DNA from: the human T2T-CHM13v2.0 reference genome, Homo sapiens
Assembly: GCF_009914755.1 (NCBI RefSeq)
Contig: NC_060928.1
Reading direction: 5' to 3' (one strand)
DNA: 64,000 bases
The notes beneath the pieces are model-generated. The model ran no database searches, was not told where the DNA came from, and saw only the letters and a list, made by a program, of their open reading frames with translations. Position 1 is the first letter of the stretch, and each line of letters begins with the position of its first letter. Below are positions 60,295 through 64,000 of the stretch, piece after piece. The position numbers and the translations under genes were made by a program.

Positions 60295-61390
60295 ACAAAT
60301 TGAAGAGAGAAAGCCAGAGAATGGGAGAAAATACTTGTAAACTATCAATCTGACAAGGGACTCATAACCAGAATATATAAGGAGCTCAAACAACTGCAAA
60401 GGAAAAAAATCTAATAATTCAATTAAAAATGGGCAAAAGATATGAATAGACATGTTTCAAAAGAAGACATACAAGTGACGAACAGATATATGGGAAAGTA
60501 CTCAACATCATTGATCATCAGAGAATGCAAATCAAAACTAAAATGAGATATTATCTCGCCCCAATTAAAATCACTTTACCCAAAAGATGGACAATTATGA
60601 ATGCTGGTAAGGATGTGGAGAAAATGGTACCCTTATGCATCATTGGTGGGAATATATACTAATACAGCCACTATGGAGAACAGCATGGAGAAAACTAAAA
60701 ACAGACTACCAGATGACCCAGCAGTCTCACTGCTAGATATATACCCCAAAGAAAGGAAATCAGTATATCAAAGAGATATCAACACTCCCATGTATATTGA
60801 AGCACTATTCTCAATAGCCAAGATTTGGAAGCAACGTTAAGTGCCCATCAAAAGATGACTGGATAAAGAAGATGTGGTACATATCTACAATGAATACTAT
60901 TCAGCTATAAAAAAGAACCTGACATTTGCAACAACGTGGATGGAACTAGAAGACATTATGTTAAGAAAAAAAAGCCAGGAATGAAAGGAAAAAGTATGCA
61001 TGCTTTTACTTATGTGTAGGAGCTAAAAATGAATAAATTCAACTTATGGAGACAGAGAGTAGAATGATGATTACCAGAAGCTGGGAAGGGTAGTGGGATG
61101 AAGAAGTGGGGATACTTAATTGACTAAAAAATATATAGTTACATAAAGTGAATAAGATCTACTATTTGATAGCACAACAGGGTGATTCCAGTCAATGAAA
61201 ATTTATTGTACATTTAAAAATAACTAACAGTATAACTGGAATGTTTGTAACACAAAGAAATGAAACATGCTTGAGGTGACAGTTACCCCCATTTACCCTG
61301 ATATGATTATTTTGCATTGTATACCTGTATCAAAATAGTTCATGTACCTTATAAATATATACACATACTATGTACCCATAAAATTTAAAA
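60295..61390 (+). mobile_element. L1MA-type (L1MA2-4-like) 3' end
   Basis: gaatgggagaaaatacttgtaaactatc...aataagatctactatttgatagcacaacagggtga...tactatgtacccataaaatttaaaa; ORF 60601 is an ORF2p C-terminal remnant. Confidence 0.85.
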
Positions 61391-62494
61391 TATTCTTTTA
61401 AATTGTTAATATTGCCATTTAAAATTAAATTTCATACTCCATAATTTTGCAGAAAAATTGTTAGCATTTACTATAATGACATAACAGAAATACATTTTAA
61501 TAAATATCAGTGTAAGACCATGTTACAATGCTATAAACCATTTAATAATTTTAACTTGTATAAAAGGATATCAAACTAATACTATTTTACAGTAAATGGC
61601 TTTAAGAAAAATTTTACAAAGGGTAAAAGTAATGTTTTGCATAGAAAACATTACAGTTATCTTCACTAAAACGTTTCTAAAGGGTAAGCTATAAAGTAAC
61701 ATTGCAGATTATACTGTATGTACATTTCTCAACTGCAGAGAGATATAGGAAACAATAAGGATATACGATGTATAAAATTTAACCATTTTTTCCAAAAATT
61801 TTTAACATCAGGTATTCACTGTTAATAACAAAACAAAAAAGCTATGAGATAGAAAAAGGAAGTGATAGACATGAGCCATACTTATTGTACTGAATGACCT
61901 GACAGCAACTCATCACCATCACCACTTCCTTTCAATGCTGAAAACTTGGTTTTCCAAAATTTATCTGGGTACTTTAGCCCAGCTTAGATTTTGCCAAGGA
62001 CAGGAATGTGTGTGAGATCTAGAAAGCAAAGACAAATAGATATCACTATTCTTCGGAAGTAGTTTCACCAGAGGAACTGGCAAATAGGAGATTCGAAGAG
62101 TTTTCCAAACAGTCTTTGATGAACCACCTTTTTCATTACTGTAGAATGACATAGTTTCTGGAAGATTCTTAGGGAATTCTGATAATTTTAGCAACTCCCA
62201 GGCAAGATTCAGCAACCACTTTTTCCTCGGTATGTCATGCTGAGATCTTCAGAGAATCAAAAATTCTAATATCAGTGGCAACTCCTTTGACTTTAAATGG
62301 CATATTCTTTTTCCTCCAAGATATTTGTTTTACAAGAACAGTTTAAGCTTAATGTAAATCTAGGAAGTTAAACCTATATTAATATTTTAAAGCCAGAATA
62401 TTTAGAGTAGAAGTGGTATTTAGAAGATTGGCCCACCCAACTTCTGAAAGCACAAATAAGTAGCATAAAAGCAATGGTTCACACCTATTTTTGG

Positions 62495-62660
62495 TTTATT
62501 ACAGCCTCTTCCTCAACAAGTAGTTAGGACTTCTTGGGAAGTTTCCTATAACCTGTTGACTGAGGAAGAAATGATTTTTGCATGGATTACATGATGACCT
62601 GGAACTACCTGAAAATGGATAGCAGCAGCATTATGATTTTACATGGACATAGCCTGTTGT
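62495..62660 (+). mobile_element. Old ERVL/MaLR internal fragment (RNase H-adjacent region)
   Basis: gaagtttcctataacctgttgactgaggaagaa...tggatagcagcagcattat parallels HERV-L 43240-43350 in this window. Confidence 0.55.
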
Positions 62661-64000
62661 CAATTTGACACCACAAGCACTCCCTTCTTAGTTTCTTACT
62701 ATGTTTACTAATGCCAGCTTCCCATTTATAGTTCTCATTTATCGGCTAGAGTTTGCCAATTATAGAAATCTGTGCAATGTTGAGAAGGCAAAAGTGAAGC
62801 CAAAGCCCTTATATTCCATAGGCAGTTGCTACTAGATGTGTAGGCAGATTTGAAATTTTCTGTGATTTCCCTTCAATCTGAAAACCACCTACTTTACCAT
62901 TTCAGACTGAGAATGATGCTGGGAGCCATTCCAACAAACCCACGAAATTTAGCAGCTTTGAAAAAAAAGGTACTAATATATACTATCAAGGTTTTATGCT
63001 GCAGTCAGATTCATTTACCTCCACTCCCATAGTTTTTTTTCAAAGTGATGTAATCCACTAATATGTATCAAATTTTAATAAGAGAATACACAGAGAAAAT
63101 TTAGTTTTGCTTACTATAAGCTGACCTCGTCATGGAATTCATGTAAGCCTTTCTTGGGAAGTGATAATTAAGCTGATATCAGAAGTATAAGTAGATGATA
63201 TATCATCCAACAAAATATATATAACTTTACTTATAGTTTCAGTTATATAAAATCCTTCAAATGAAATCATTAAATATTTTCTTTATCTTTAATGTTTAAC
63301 TGTCTATTTAACAATTATGTGTGACAGTCTATAAACACAGTAATTACAGAAAAAAACACCAAAAAATAAAAACATGGAGAAATTAGCCTGTCAGTTATTC
63401 TGCACATTTGCTTTCAATATACATTGAAACTTTGATTGTATGTATAAAAATTTTGTGAAAAATTATTGTCCTATATATGTATGACTATTGTATAACTTCT
63501 TATTCATTTAATATATCCCTATAACACTAAATGCTGATAATTTTCTAAAGGTTTCAAATTTTTTTCCTTCTTTAAATAATGCATTTACTAGGCACTGTGT
63601 TGCTGCTCTAGAGGACCAGTAGTATAGCACACAGAAGCCAATACAGCTCAGCAACCTCTCCCTCCAGAGAAAGAGAAGAGTGAATCATGCATCCAATGTT
63701 CTGGCTATTCAAGATTGTTGCCTGAGGGACGGCTTTCTCTCTAGTTTGACTCAGAATAATTATGAAACCTGGCATATTCTAGTTGCCTGAGGGCCTCTGC
63801 GAACAAAAAAAATAGAACTGGGAGGTGGTCTGTTGCCTCATGGAATCCATGATGCAGAATATAGATAACAGAGAGAGGAAGAGATTACAAGCTTCTGAAA
63901 AAAAAGCAACTGGAACATTCCTATAAATAGAAATCTACATAAACAAGTCTAGTGAAGACGCATTAAAAAAAAAAAAGACTAGAGAAGCCACATGAATTTG

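Noticed and set aside
53000-64000. Short 60-85 aa ORFs as exons or micropeptides
   Set aside because: Composition mirrors AT-rich background, many use non-ATG starts, and I see no domain similarity or consistent splice pattern; small exons of a large gene or lncRNA cannot be excluded by eye.

Overview
Gene-poor, AT-rich, repeat-dense great-ape genomic DNA (human-like; one young L1 carries changes I associate with chimpanzee/bonobo L1s). I find no intact protein-coding gene, RNA gene or CRISPR array, and no convincing new biological system. All long ORFs are remnants of L1, endogenous retroviruses, Alu or a KRT18 processed pseudogene. From left to right the window holds: (1) a KRT18 processed pseudogene cut off by a HERV-W LTR17 that lacks a target-site duplication (TSD); (2) an LTR8 split by a full-length L1PA8-like element carrying an apparent two-step 3' transduction and a nested L1PA, and by an LTR27-like LTR; (3) several MaLR/ERV1 LTRs, a MER1B and a very young 5'-truncated L1; (4) a four-level retroviral nest at 32.5-48.4 kb (old ERVL remnant > HERV-L provirus > deleted HERV-K(HML-5) provirus > LTR12C), where the HML-5 also has a partial copy of its own LTR inside integrase; (5) Alus, a twin-primed L1 and older L1/L2/MIR fragments. 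The interesting content is insertion mechanics readable from TSDs and junctions. Repeat subfamily names come from recalled consensus motifs, not from a database search.
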